A DNA stretch of 64,000 nt, taken from Pseudomonadota bacterium (GTDB lineage: Bacteria > Pseudomonadota > Gammaproteobacteria > Burkholderiales > Thiobacillaceae). How positions within the stretch are numbered: the stretch's first letter is position 1; each line of letters begins with the position of its first letter. Positions 11,528-23,452 of this stretch are shown piece after piece. The stretch covers positions 2,637-66,636 of the forward strand of contig JBFMET010000014.1 in NCBI GenBank assembly GCA_040753235.1, given 5' to 3'. A model generated the notes under the pieces. It searched no databases, was not told the DNA's origin, and was given only the letters and a program-made list of their open reading frames with translations. A program made the translations under genes and the position numbers.

Positions 11528-11593
11528 CGTCATTCCGGCGAAAGCCGGAATCCAGCGAAGCCAGACTGGCCCCCGGCGTACGCCGGGGTGACG
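11528..11593. repeat. CGTC-tagged REP-like palindrome dimer
   Basis: CGTCATTCCGGCGAAAGCCGGAATCCAG...CTGGCCCCCGGCGTACGCCGGGGTGACG between convergent genes. Confidence 0.8.
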
Positions 11594-11599
11594 ATCGAA

Positions 11600-12205
11600 T
11601 CAGTGCTCCAGCCAGGCGATCAGGCCCTGCCATTGCGCCACGTCGCGCTCGGCGATGTGCGGCGGCAGGTCGAACAGGCTTTTGCCTTCGAACGCGGCAT
11701 TGACGTAGTGCTGGGTGTTGCGCAGGTAGGTCAGCACCGGCAGGTCCTGCTGCGCCATGAACTGGTCGAGCGTGACGCCGGCCCGCGTGCGCGGATCGAC
11801 GCGCATGCCGACCACGCCGACGAAGGCGTGGCCCTTGCGCACCGCCTTTTCGGCGTGCAGCGCGGCAAGAAAATCCTGGGTCGCACGGATGTCGAACAGC
11901 GAGGGTGCGATCGGCACCGCGACCTTGTGCGCGAGCTTCAGGGCGCGCTCGAGATTTTTGCCGTGCAGGCCGGCCGGCGAATCGATCACCAGCCAGTCGG
12001 CCTCGCCCTTCTGGCCTTCGTGCAGCAGCGCGATCTCGGGCAGCGACGCGTCGCGCATGGCGAGCCACTGGGTCGCCGACTTCTGCCGGTCCAGGTCCAG
12101 TATCGCCACCCGCTCGCCCATCGACGCCAGATAGCCCGCAAGATTGATCGACAGCGTCGTCTTGCCGCTGCCGCCCTTGGGGTTGGCTACGAGAATCGCG
12201 CGCAT
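11600..12205 (-). CDS. Orphan ParA/MinD-family ATPase
   Basis: Deviant Walker A NPKGGSGKTT, DLDRQ and IDSPAG motifs; no ParB partner nearby. Confidence 0.88.
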   Translation of the reverse strand: MRAILVANPKGGSGKTTLSINLAGYLASMGERVAILDLDRQKSATQWLAMRDASLPEIALLHEGQKGEADWLVIDSPAGLHGKNLERALKLAHKVAVPIAPSLFDIRATQDFLAALHAEKAVRKGHAFVGVVGMRVDPRTRAGVTLDQFMAQQDLPVLTYLRNTQHYVNAAFEGKSLFDLPPHIAERDVAQWQGLIAWLEH

Positions 12206-12330
12206 GTTGTCTCCTTTGAAAACCGGTTCATCCGCGAAGGGCGCGAAGCGGCGCGAAGGAAAACCGAAGCATCAATCTGGTTTTCATGAAGCTTGCCTCG
12301 CGTTACTTCGCGTCCTTCGCGGATAAAAAA

Positions 12331-15159
12331 TCACAACACCTCGACGCTGTACGTCACCGCCAGCGTGTGGGTTGCGCCCGGCGCGACGGTGACGACGTTG
12401 TCCATCGCATTGGCCGATTCGACGCACACCATCTCGCGCCAGCCGGCGCCCGACTTGCCGCGGCCCATGTCGCCCATCTTCTCGGCCTTTTCGGTCCACG
12501 GCGTCCACACGATGGTGGACTGCGAGCCGGTCTTGGCGATGCGGATGCGGCGCTTGAGGCCGGGGTCGACGACCACGCAATCCGCGCCGGTGTTGACGTA
12601 GACGCGGTCGACCTCGCCCGCGAAGCCGATGTCGCCCTTCTGCTTCTTGCGCGCGAAGTTGTCGACCTTGTCGTGGAAGGCGCAGCCTTCGAGGCCTTCG
12701 ACCTTGACCGCGCCGATGTCGCTGATGTGGAGATAGGTGTGCAGCGCCTCGCCGATCTTCACCGGCGTGTCGCCGGTGTTGGTGGTGGCGAGTTTCACTT
12801 CGAGCCGGTCGCCGACGATGACGGTGAGCGTCAGGCGGGTGGCGTGCGGCCACTGCGCGCGCGTCTGCTCGTTCTCGACGAGTTGCAGGGCGATTTCGGT
12901 GCGCACGTCGCTGCGGCGGCGCGTGCCGACGACTTCCCACGGCACGGTGCGGGCAAAGCCGTGCGCCGGGAAACCCGGCTCGCTGTCGTGCGCGCCGAAC
13001 CACGGCCAGCACACCGGCACGCCGCCGCGGATGGATTTGCCGGCGGCGAACTTGGCCGCGTCCGACACCCACACCACCGGCGCCTGCTGCGACTTCGGCC
13101 GGTAGCTGACGACGTGCGCGCCCTGCAGGCAGATGGTCGCGCGGCCGCCGTGGTTGTCGATGTCGACGTAGGTCAGCCCGCCGACGCCGGTGCGGAAGGT
13201 GAGCTGGCCGGGGATGACGAAGCGCGCGAGCGGATCGGCGTGCACCTGCGCCGCGGTCGGGTGCTCGACCTGCGACACGTCGCGCACGGCGCCAAAAGCA
13301 GCGGAAGTCGTCATCGCGGCATAGGCACGCAGCGCAGCCGACACCGGGCGCGTGCGGTTGACCGGCTTCCAGGCCTGCGCGCCTTTCGCGTCCATCGCGG
13401 CGCGGCGGCGCGCGAGTTCGGCCTCGCTGACGTCAAGGTGGATGCGGCGCTTGGCGATGTCGATCTCGATCAGGTCGCCGTCCTCGACCAGGCCGATGGT
13501 GCCGCCCTCGGCCGCTTCCGGCGAGGCGTGGCCGATGGACAGCCCCGAGGTGCCGCCGGAGAAGCGGCCGTCGGTGAGCAGCGCACAATGCTTGCCCAGG
13601 CCCTTCGACTTCAGGTACGAGGTCGGGTAGAGCATTTCCTGCATGCCGGGACCGCCGCGCGGGCCTTCGTAGCGGATCACCACGACGTCGCCCGGCTGGA
13701 TGCGGTCGCCGAGGATGGCTTCGACCGCGGCGTCCTGCGATTCATAGACGCGCGCGGGGCCGCGGAACACGCGAAGGGTCGAGGTCGGCACGCTGGTCGT
13801 GTAGCGCAGCTGCTCGACTTCGAACATGCTCTCGTCCACGCCCGCGGTCTTGACGATGCAGCCGTCCTCGGCGAGGTTGCCGTAGAGCACGGCCAGTCCG
13901 CCGTCCTTCGAGTAGGCGTGATCGTAGTCGCGGATGCAGCCGCCCACGCGGTCGTCGTCGAGTTTCGGGAAGCGACGGTCCTGCGAGAACGCGACCTGGG
14001 TCGGCACGCCGCCGGGCGCGGCGCGGTAGTAGTCCTTGATGTCGCGGTCCTGCGTGCGACGGATGTCGTAGACGTCGATCTGCTCGCCGAGCGTCTTCAT
14101 CAGCACCGTCGGCACGTCGCGGTGGACGAGGCCGGTGCGCTCGAGTTCGCCGAGGATGGCCATCACGCCGCCGGCGCGGTGCACGTCTTCCATGTGGTAG
14201 GTCTGGATCGACGGCGCCACTTTGCTCAAGTGGGGCACGCGGCGGCTCATGCGGTCGATGTCGGCCATGGTGAAGTCGACGCCGGCTTCGTGCGCCGCGG
14301 CCAGGAGATGCAGCACGGTGTTGGTCGAGCCGCCCATGGCGATGTCGAGCGCGATGGCGTTCTCGAAGGCGTCGAAGCTGGCGATCGCGCGCGGCAGCAC
14401 GCGGGTGTCGTTCTGCTCGTAGTAGCGACGGGTGTTCTTAACGATCAGCCGCGCGGCGGCGAGGAAGAGATTGCGGCGGTCGGCGTGGGTCGCGAGCAGC
14501 GAGCCGTTGCCGGGCAGCGAGAGACCCAGCGCCTCGGTGAGGCAGTTCATCGAATTGGCGGTGAACATGCCCGAGCACGAGCCGCAGGTCGGGCAGGCCG
14601 AACGTTCGAGTTGCTGCACCTTTTCGTCCGACACCTTGTCGTCGGCCGCCGACACCATGGCGTCGACGAGATCGAGCTTGATCGTCTGCTTGTCCCACAC
14701 CACCTTGCCGGCTTCCATCGGCCCGCCGGACACGAACACGGTCGGGATGTTGAGGCGCAGCGCGGCGTTGAGCATGCCGGGGGTGATCTTGTCGCAGTTG
14801 GAAATGCACACCAGCGCGTCGGCGCAGTGCGCGTTGACCATGTACTCGACCGAGTCGGCGATGAGATCGCGCGAAGGCAGCGAGTACAGCATGCCGCCGT
14901 GGCCCATGGCGATGCCGTCGTCGACGGCGATGGTGTTGAATTCCTTGGCCACGCCGCCGGCGGCCTCGATCTCGCGCGCGACCAGCTGGCCCATGTCCTT
15001 GAGGTGCACGTGGCCGGGCACGAACTGGGTGAACGAGTTGGCAACGGCGATGATGGGCTTGTCGAAATCGCCGTCCTTCATGCCGGTGGCGCGCCACAGG
15101 GCGCGGGCGCCGGCCATGTTGCGGCCGTGGGTGGTGGTGCGGGAACGGTAGACGGGCAT
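12331..15159 (-). CDS. ilvD: Dihydroxy-acid dehydratase fused to a C-terminal D-hexose-6-phosphate mutarotase (aldose 1-epimerase family) domain
   Basis: Starts [26 protein letters not shown] (ATG 15159) with CDKITPG and [13 protein letters not shown]. After ...[11 protein letters not shown] it continues without a stop into [22 protein letters not shown] and VCVE motifs; 942 aa. Confidence 0.92.
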   Translation of the reverse strand: MPVYRSRTTTHGRNMAGARALWRATGMKDGDFDKPIIAVANSFTQFVPGHVHLKDMGQLVAREIEAAGGVAKEFNTIAVDDGIAMGHGGMLYSLPSRDLIADSVEYMVNAHCADALVCISNCDKITPGMLNAALRLNIPTVFVSGGPMEAGKVVWDKQTIKLDLVDAMVSAADDKVSDEKVQQLERSACPTCGSCSGMFTANSMNCLTEALGLSLPGNGSLLATHADRRNLFLAAARLIVKNTRRYYEQNDTRVLPRAIASFDAFENAIALDIAMGGSTNTVLHLLAAAHEAGVDFTMADIDRMSRRVPHLSKVAPSIQTYHMEDVHRAGGVMAILGELERTGLVHRDVPTVLMKTLGEQIDVYDIRRTQDRDIKDYYRAAPGGVPTQVAFSQDRRFPKLDDDRVGGCIRDYDHAYSKDGGLAVLYGNLAEDGCIVKTAGVDESMFEVEQLRYTTSVPTSTLRVFRGPARVYESQDAAVEAILGDRIQPGDVVVIRYEGPRGGPGMQEMLYPTSYLKSKGLGKHCALLTDGRFSGGTSGLSIGHASPEAAEGGTIGLVEDGDLIEIDIAKRRIHLDVSEAELARRRAAMDAKGAQAWKPVNRTRPVSAALRAYAAMTTSAAFGAVRDVSQVEHPTAAQVHADPLARFVIPGQLTFRTGVGGLTYVDIDNHGGRATICLQGAHVVSYRPKSQQAPVVWVSDAAKFAAGKSIRGGVPVCWPWFGAHDSEPGFPAHGFARTVPWEVVGTRRRSDVRTEIALQLVENEQTRAQWPHATRLTLTVIVGDRLEVKLATTNTGDTPVKIGEALHTYLHISDIGAVKVEGLEGCAFHDKVDNFARKKQKGDIGFAGEVDRVYVNTGADCVVVDPGLKRRIRIAKTGSQSTIVWTPWTEKAEKMGDMGRGKSGAGWREMVCVESANAMDNVVTVAPGATHTLAVTYSVEVL

Positions 15160-15251
15160 GGCTCGATCCAGAAAGGCAAACGAAACCGTGATTGTATCGC
15201 CAGCCGCCGGCCCTGCACGGGAGTCGCGATATCCCTGACGGGATGGTGGAA

Positions 15252-16088
15252 TCAGGCCGGTCCGCCGCGCCGCGCCCGGCGCAGGTCGAGCAGCACGCCG
15301 AGCCGCATCTGCAGGTCGGGGGTGTGGTAGGGCTTCACCAGGTAATCGTCGGCGCCGTCGCGGTAGCACTGGTCGATGGTTTCCTGGCTGCCGTCGGCCG
15401 ACAACATCAGCACCGGCAGGCCCTGACAGCCCGGCTTCGCGCGTATCGTGCGCAGAACCTCGAAGCCGTCGATCTCGGGCATCTGGATGTCGAGCAGCAC
15501 CGCGTCGAGGCGGCCGCGCCCCAGCAGGTCCAGCGCCTGCTGCCCGCCGGACGCGCTCACTGCCTGGTAGCCCATCTGGGCGAGCCGGCGCTCGAGCAGC
15601 TTGAGGTTGAGCGGTTCGTCGTCGACGATGAGGATGCGCGAGCCGGCGATGTCGCCGAGCTGCACCGTCGGCTCGACCGGGGCGCCGCGCACTTCGAGGC
15701 AGCGGTGCACGCGCTGGGTCAGCTCCAGCGGGTTGACCGGCTTGATGAGGTAGTCGGCCGCGCCCAGCCCCAGGCATTCGACCACCGACTCGCGGCTGCT
15801 GGTCGCGGTGATCATGACGACCGGGGTGTTTTGCAGCGCCGCGCTCGACTTGATCGCCTTCAGCACGGCCAGCCCGTCCATCTCGGGCATGTTGAGGTCG
15901 AGCAGCACCAGGTCGAAGCGCTCCAGCTCCATCAGCTGCAGCGCATGGCGGCCGTGCACGGCCAGCGTGACCAGGTAGCCCACCTGCTCCAGCCGCCGGC
16001 CCAGCAGCAGGCGGAGTTCATGCTTGTCGTCGACGAGGAGGACGGAATAGGGTCGTGTCGCGACGGCTTCCTTGAGTTCGAGCGGCAT
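15252..16088 (-). CDS. Response regulator with two tandem receiver domains and no output domain
   Basis: Two REC motif sets (LLVDD...[11 protein letters not shown]...KP; LIVDD...[11 protein letters not shown]...KP). Confidence 0.88.
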   Translation of the reverse strand: MPLELKEAVATRPYSVLLVDDKHELRLLLGRRLEQVGYLVTLAVHGRHALQLMELERFDLVLLDLNMPEMDGLAVLKAIKSSAALQNTPVVMITATSSRESVVECLGLGAADYLIKPVNPLELTQRVHRCLEVRGAPVEPTVQLGDIAGSRILIVDDEPLNLKLLERRLAQMGYQAVSASGGQQALDLLGRGRLDAVLLDIQMPEIDGFEVLRTIRAKPGCQGLPVLMLSADGSQETIDQCYRDGADDYLVKPYHTPDLQMRLGVLLDLRRARRGGPA

Positions 16089-16093
16089 GCCGT

Positions 16094-19069
<2,976 letters not shown>

Positions 19070-19915
19070 CTAGTCCCCCTTCACCACGGTCGAGCGGTAG
19101 AAGCGTCGGTAGTTGTCGTACTCGGCGTCGTCCGCGCGCACGAAGCTCCAGAGTTCGCGGCTGCCGAGCCCGTCGGCGCTCGCCTGCAGGGCGCGGCGTC
19201 CGTCCGGGTCCTGGTCCATGCCGATGAAGGCGGCGCGCACCGCCTCGACCAGCCTGGGCGACAGCGACGGGTGCGCCATGACGGGAATGTCGAGATAGGG
19301 CTCGGACACCCAGATCACGCGGTAGCGGAAATCCTCGCGCTGCGCGTAGCGCGACAAGAGCTTGCGGTTGACCGCCGCCGCCGCCACTTCGCCGAACTGC
19401 AGCTGCGACATGGCGCCTTCCTGGTTGCCGGCGAACACCTCGTTCACCTGCACGCCCGACTTCAGCAAATGGTCCATCGGCAGCCAGTAGCCGACGAAGG
19501 CTTCCTTCGACGGGAAGGCCACCCTGGCGCCGGCGAGGTCGGCCACGCTGCGGATCGGGCTGTCGTCGCGCACCACGATGGCGCCGTGGATCGGTTCGCC
19601 CCGCATGCGCAGCACCACCTTGTAGCCGATGCGGTCGCGCTCGGGCGTGAACATGTGGTTGGTGTAGGCGAAGGCGTGCTCGCCGCGCACCGTCATCGCC
19701 GTCGTCTCCGGCGCGGTCTTGCCCATCTTCAGCGCCAGCGGCGCGCCCACCTTCCTGCCGACGTAGCTGAGAATGGGGTTCCACGACTGCGCCGTCAGCG
19801 GCACGCTGCGCTGGTTGATGACGCCAAAGGCCAGTGGCGCCTCCGCCTGGGCATGCGCGCTGCCCGCCAGCGTCCACCCGAACGCCATCGCCAGAATGAA
19901 ATGATGCCAACGCAC
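19070..19915 (-). CDS. PhnD/SsuA-family (phosphate/phosphonate-type) periplasmic binding protein
   Basis: 3' part of track ORF 19070..20557; GTG at 19915 with GGAG upstream, signal peptide (SAHA/Q), SVADLAGARVAFP motif; abuts the kinase start. Confidence 0.8.
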   Translation of the reverse strand: MRWHHFILAMAFGWTLAGSAHAQAEAPLAFGVINQRSVPLTAQSWNPILSYVGRKVGAPLALKMGKTAPETTAMTVRGEHAFAYTNHMFTPERDRIGYKVVLRMRGEPIHGAIVVRDDSPIRSVADLAGARVAFPSKEAFVGYWLPMDHLLKSGVQVNEVFAGNQEGAMSQLQFGEVAAAAVNRKLLSRYAQREDFRYRVIWVSEPYLDIPVMAHPSLSPRLVEAVRAAFIGMDQDPDGRRALQASADGLGSRELWSFVRADDAEYDNYRRFYRSTVVKGD

Positions 19916-20041
19916 GACAGCGACTCCGCTTCTTGTTATCCAGAGTGACTTATCGGGGTGACCACGCAAAACTTGAGCCAGCAGCAGGGGAATCCCGCCG
20001 CGCCCGATACAATGGCGTGTCGCCCGCCCCCCCGCACTGCC

Positions 20042-20824
20042 ATGCTGACCCACCCGCAATTCGATCCCGTCGCCCTGCAACTCGGCCCCGTCGCCGTCCA
20101 CTGGTACGGCCTCATGTACCTGCTGGCCTTCGCCCAGGTCATCCTCCTCGGCCGCTGGTGCATCGCCCACCGGCCGTGGACGCAGTGGACCCCGAAAATG
20201 CTCGACGACGTGCTGTTCTACGGCGTGCTCGGCGTCATCCTGGGCGGGCGACTCGGCTATGTGCTGTTCTACAAGCCCGCCGAGTATCTGGCCAACCCGC
20301 TCGACATCCTCAAGGTATGGGAAGGCGGCATGAGCTTCCACGGCGGCTTCCTCGGCGTGGTGGTCGCGATGATCGTGTTCGCGCACCGGCACCAGTTGCG
20401 CTGGCTCGCCGTCACCGACTTCATCGCGCCGCTGGTGCCGCTGGGCCTCGCGGCCGGGCGGCTCGGCAACTTCATCAACGGCGAGTTGTGGGGACGCGCC
20501 ACCGATCTGCCCTGGGGCATGGTCTTCCCGCAGGCCGGCGACGGCATTGCGCGCCATCCCTCGCAGCTCTACCAGTTCGCCGGCGAAGGTCTGCTGCTGT
20601 TCGTCATCCTGTGGCTCTACGCCAGCAAACCGCGCCCGGTCGGCGCCGTCTCCGGCGTCTTCCTCACCGGCTACGGGGCGTTCCGCTTCCTCGCCGAATT
20701 CGCGCGCGAGCCGGACAGCTTCCTGGGTCTGCTGGGCCTCGGCCTGTCGATGGGCCAGTGGCTCAGCCTGCCGATGATCGTCGCCGGCGTGCTCATGCTG
20801 CGCTGGGCGCGGCGGCAGGCGTGA
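20042..20824 (+). CDS. lgt: Prolipoprotein diacylglyceryl transferase
   Basis: [45 protein letters not shown]. Confidence 0.96.
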   Translation: MLTHPQFDPVALQLGPVAVHWYGLMYLLAFAQVILLGRWCIAHRPWTQWTPKMLDDVLFYGVLGVILGGRLGYVLFYKPAEYLANPLDILKVWEGGMSFHGGFLGVVVAMIVFAHRHQLRWLAVTDFIAPLVPLGLAAGRLGNFINGELWGRATDLPWGMVFPQAGDGIARHPSQLYQFAGEGLLLFVILWLYASKPRPVGAVSGVFLTGYGAFRFLAEFAREPDSFLGLLGLGLSMGQWLSLPMIVAGVLMLRWARRQA

Positions 20825-20870
20825 TCGAACGCCACCGCAGCCATGCCTGATGTTTCACGCCTCTGGCGCC

Positions 20871-21269
20871 ATGTTTGAGCTTGCGCGCCTGTGCCGCCAA
20901 ATCGACTGGACGCGCCTGTGGCGCGTCGGCGGCTGGCTCGGCGTCGCGCTCACCCTCGCCTTCTCGCTCGGCCCGCCCACCGTCGGCGAGGACGACAGCC
21001 AGCTCGACAAGCTCGCCCACCTCGCCGGCTATGCGCTGCTCATGTTCTGGTGGGCGCAGCTCGTGGTGACCCGGCGCTGGCGTCTCGCGCTGGCGGTCAT
21101 GGCGTTCGGCGGCGCCATCGAGTTGCTGCAAGGCCTCACCCCCGAGCGCCAGCCCGACCCTGTGGACGCGCTCGCCAACGCCGCCGGCGTGCTCGCGGGC
21201 TGGGGCATCGCCCGCCTGCTGCCCAATCTCCCCGCCCGCATCGCCGCGCTTCCCGCTTTCAGGCGGTAA
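20871..21269 (+). CDS. VanZ-family membrane protein
   Basis: DKLAHLAGYALL, IELLQG and DALANAAG motifs; start could be 20850 or 20871. Confidence 0.8.
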   Translation: MFELARLCRQIDWTRLWRVGGWLGVALTLAFSLGPPTVGEDDSQLDKLAHLAGYALLMFWWAQLVVTRRWRLALAVMAFGGAIELLQGLTPERQPDPVDALANAAGVLAGWGIARLLPNLPARIAALPAFRR

Positions 21270-21290
21270 GGCTATAATCCGCGCCACGTT

Positions 21291-21366
<76 letters not shown>

Positions 21367-21508
21367 TCACATCCAGGCCAGATAAGCTCAATGTCTTTGG
21401 ACAACCACCAATGAGCACGAGCCGCAAACCTTTCGATTGCTGCTGCGACTTTGCTGGCTGTCGGCTCTACCGGTCATCGCCGCACGAGTCCGCGCGCGGG
21501 ATCACGCC

Positions 21509-23446
21509 GTGACCGCTGCCGAACTGCTCGAAAGCCTCAATCTCCTCGACGAGCACGAGCGCATCGAGGCCAAGCGCGCCTCTGACGCCGGAAAATCCTT
21601 GCTGGAAACGATTTGCGCCTTTGCCAACGAGCCCGGTCTCGGCGGCGGCTGGATCGCATTGGGCGTCGTCCGCGAAGAGATGGCGCTATTCCCATCCTAC
21701 GAAGTCGAAGGCATCGAGCAGCCGGACAAGCTCTCGGCGGATATCGCCAGCCAGTGCCGCGACATGTTCAACGTACCCCTGCGGGTGGACATTTCGACAG
21801 AAAACGTCCAGGGCAGGAACGTCGTGGTCGTCTTCGTCCCCGAAGCGCAACCGCAGGACAAGCCCCTCTTCTTCAAGGGCCAGGGCCTGCCCAGGGGCGC
21901 GTTCCGCCGCATCGGCAGCACCGACCAGCGTTGCACCGACGACGACCTGGCGGTGTTTTACCAGGGGCGCCAGCAGGAGAGCTTCGATGCCGGCATCGTC
22001 GCCGACGCCTCGCTGGAGGACTTCTCTCCCGAGGCCATTGCCGACTATCGCCAGTCCCGCGCCGAAGCCAACCCCGATGCCGAGGAGTTGCGCTGGCCCG
22101 ACGACGAGTTGCTGCAATCCTTGGGCGCCCTTCGCCGTGATGCCGGGAATCAATGGAAGCCCACCGTCGCCGGCCTGATCCTGTTCGGCAAGCCCGCGGC
22201 ATTGCGCCGCTGCTTCCCCATGACCCGCGTCGATTACATCCGCGTGCCCGGCCGCGAATGGGTGCCCGACCCCGACCGCCGTTTCGATACCGTCGAACTG
22301 CGCGATTCATTGTTCCGCCTGATCCGCCGCGCCCAGGCCGCTGTCCTCGACGACCTGCCCAAGAGCTTCGGCCTCGACGAAGGCGCGCTGCAACGGCAGG
22401 ACAAGCCGGTGATCCCCTTGCGCGTCATCCGCGAAGCGCTGGTCAACGCCCTGATGCACCGCAGCTATCGCAGCCATAGCCCGGTGCAGATCATCCGCTA
22501 CGCCAACCGGCTGGAAATCCGCAATCCTGGTTTCTCCCTCAAGTCGCCGGAGCACCTCGGCGAGCCAGGCTCCCAGCCGCGCAACCCCAAGATCGCTGCC
22601 GTGCTGCACGAAACCCGTTTCGCCGAAACCAAGGGCAGCGGCATCCGCGTCATGCGGGAAAGCATGGAACAGGCCGGCCTCACCCCGCCGCTGTTCGAAT
22701 CCGACCGGGGTGCCGATCAGTTCGTCGCCCGCTATTTCTTCCATCACTTCCTCGGCGAGGGCGACATCGCCTGGCTCGCGCAATTCCGCGACTTGCACCT
22801 CACCGACGAAGAGGCCAAGGCGCTGATCGTGGTCAGGGAAGCCGGCGCCATCGACAACGCCACCTACCGGGAATTGAACAAGGTCGATGCCCTCGCCGCC
22901 AGTGGCGCCTTACGGCGGTTGCGGGATGCCGGCCTGCTGGCGCAGAAGGGCCGGGGTTCGGCCACCTACTATGTGCCGACCGAGCGCCTCGCCACGGATG
23001 AAACGGGCTTATCTAGCAAGTCACAGGAGCGCTTATCTAGTAACCCCCCCGCCTTATCTACCAACCCCCCCGCCTTATCTACCAACCCGGACGGCTTATC
23101 TACCAACCCCGAAGGCTTATATGCCGAGCACTCCGAGGAAGAGGAAAACAGGCGCAAGGCCCTGCTGGACGAGTTGCCGGGCGCGCTGGCCGCAAAAATA
23201 GGCGCCATCGGCCAACGTAATCCCCCCGGCGAGGTGTGCGATGTGATTGTGGAAATCTGCCGCCAGCGTGCCTGGCAGGCCGATGAGCTGGCAGCCCTGG
23301 TAAGGCGGCACCCCCGCTATGTGCGCAACAACTACCTGCGTCCCCTGATGCGGGATGGGCGGCTGGTCATGACCAACCCGAACGAGCCGAACGACCCCCA
23401 GCAGGCATACCGGGCGGTACCGGACGCAATAAAACCCGAACACTAA
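21509..23446 (+). CDS. Schlafen/AlbA_2 domain + RecG-C-terminal (HATPase-like) + HTH protein
   Basis: EHERIEAK and ETICAFANEPGLGGGWIALGV (AlbA_2); IREALVNALMHRSY, IRNPG, RNPKIAAVL and ETKGSGI (RecG C-terminal type); C-terminal HTH-like region. GTG start at 21509. Confidence 0.85.
   Translation: MTAAELLESLNLLDEHERIEAKRASDAGKSLLETICAFANEPGLGGGWIALGVVREEMALFPSYEVEGIEQPDKLSADIASQCRDMFNVPLRVDISTENVQGRNVVVVFVPEAQPQDKPLFFKGQGLPRGAFRRIGSTDQRCTDDDLAVFYQGRQQESFDAGIVADASLEDFSPEAIADYRQSRAEANPDAEELRWPDDELLQSLGALRRDAGNQWKPTVAGLILFGKPAALRRCFPMTRVDYIRVPGREWVPDPDRRFDTVELRDSLFRLIRRAQAAVLDDLPKSFGLDEGALQRQDKPVIPLRVIREALVNALMHRSYRSHSPVQIIRYANRLEIRNPGFSLKSPEHLGEPGSQPRNPKIAAVLHETRFAETKGSGIRVMRESMEQAGLTPPLFESDRGADQFVARYFFHHFLGEGDIAWLAQFRDLHLTDEEAKALIVVREAGAIDNATYRELNKVDALAASGALRRLRDAGLLAQKGRGSATYYVPTERLATDETGLSSKSQERLSSNPPALSTNPPALSTNPDGLSTNPEGLYAEHSEEEENRRKALLDELPGALAAKIGAIGQRNPPGEVCDVIVEICRQRAWQADELAALVRRHPRYVRNNYLRPLMRDGRLVMTNPNEPNDPQQAYRAVPDAIKPEH
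23009..23122 (+). repeat. Intragenic 21-nt tandem repeat (LSTNPxx peptide)
   Basis: TTATCTA units at 23009, 23033, 23054, 23075 and 23096, plus partial TTATAT at 23117. Confidence 0.9.
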
Positions 23447-23452
23447 ACATCC

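Noticed and set aside
23009-23122. CRISPR-like array
   Set aside because: The repeats are contiguous, in frame and have no unique spacers; no cas genes. No CRISPR array was seen anywhere in the window.
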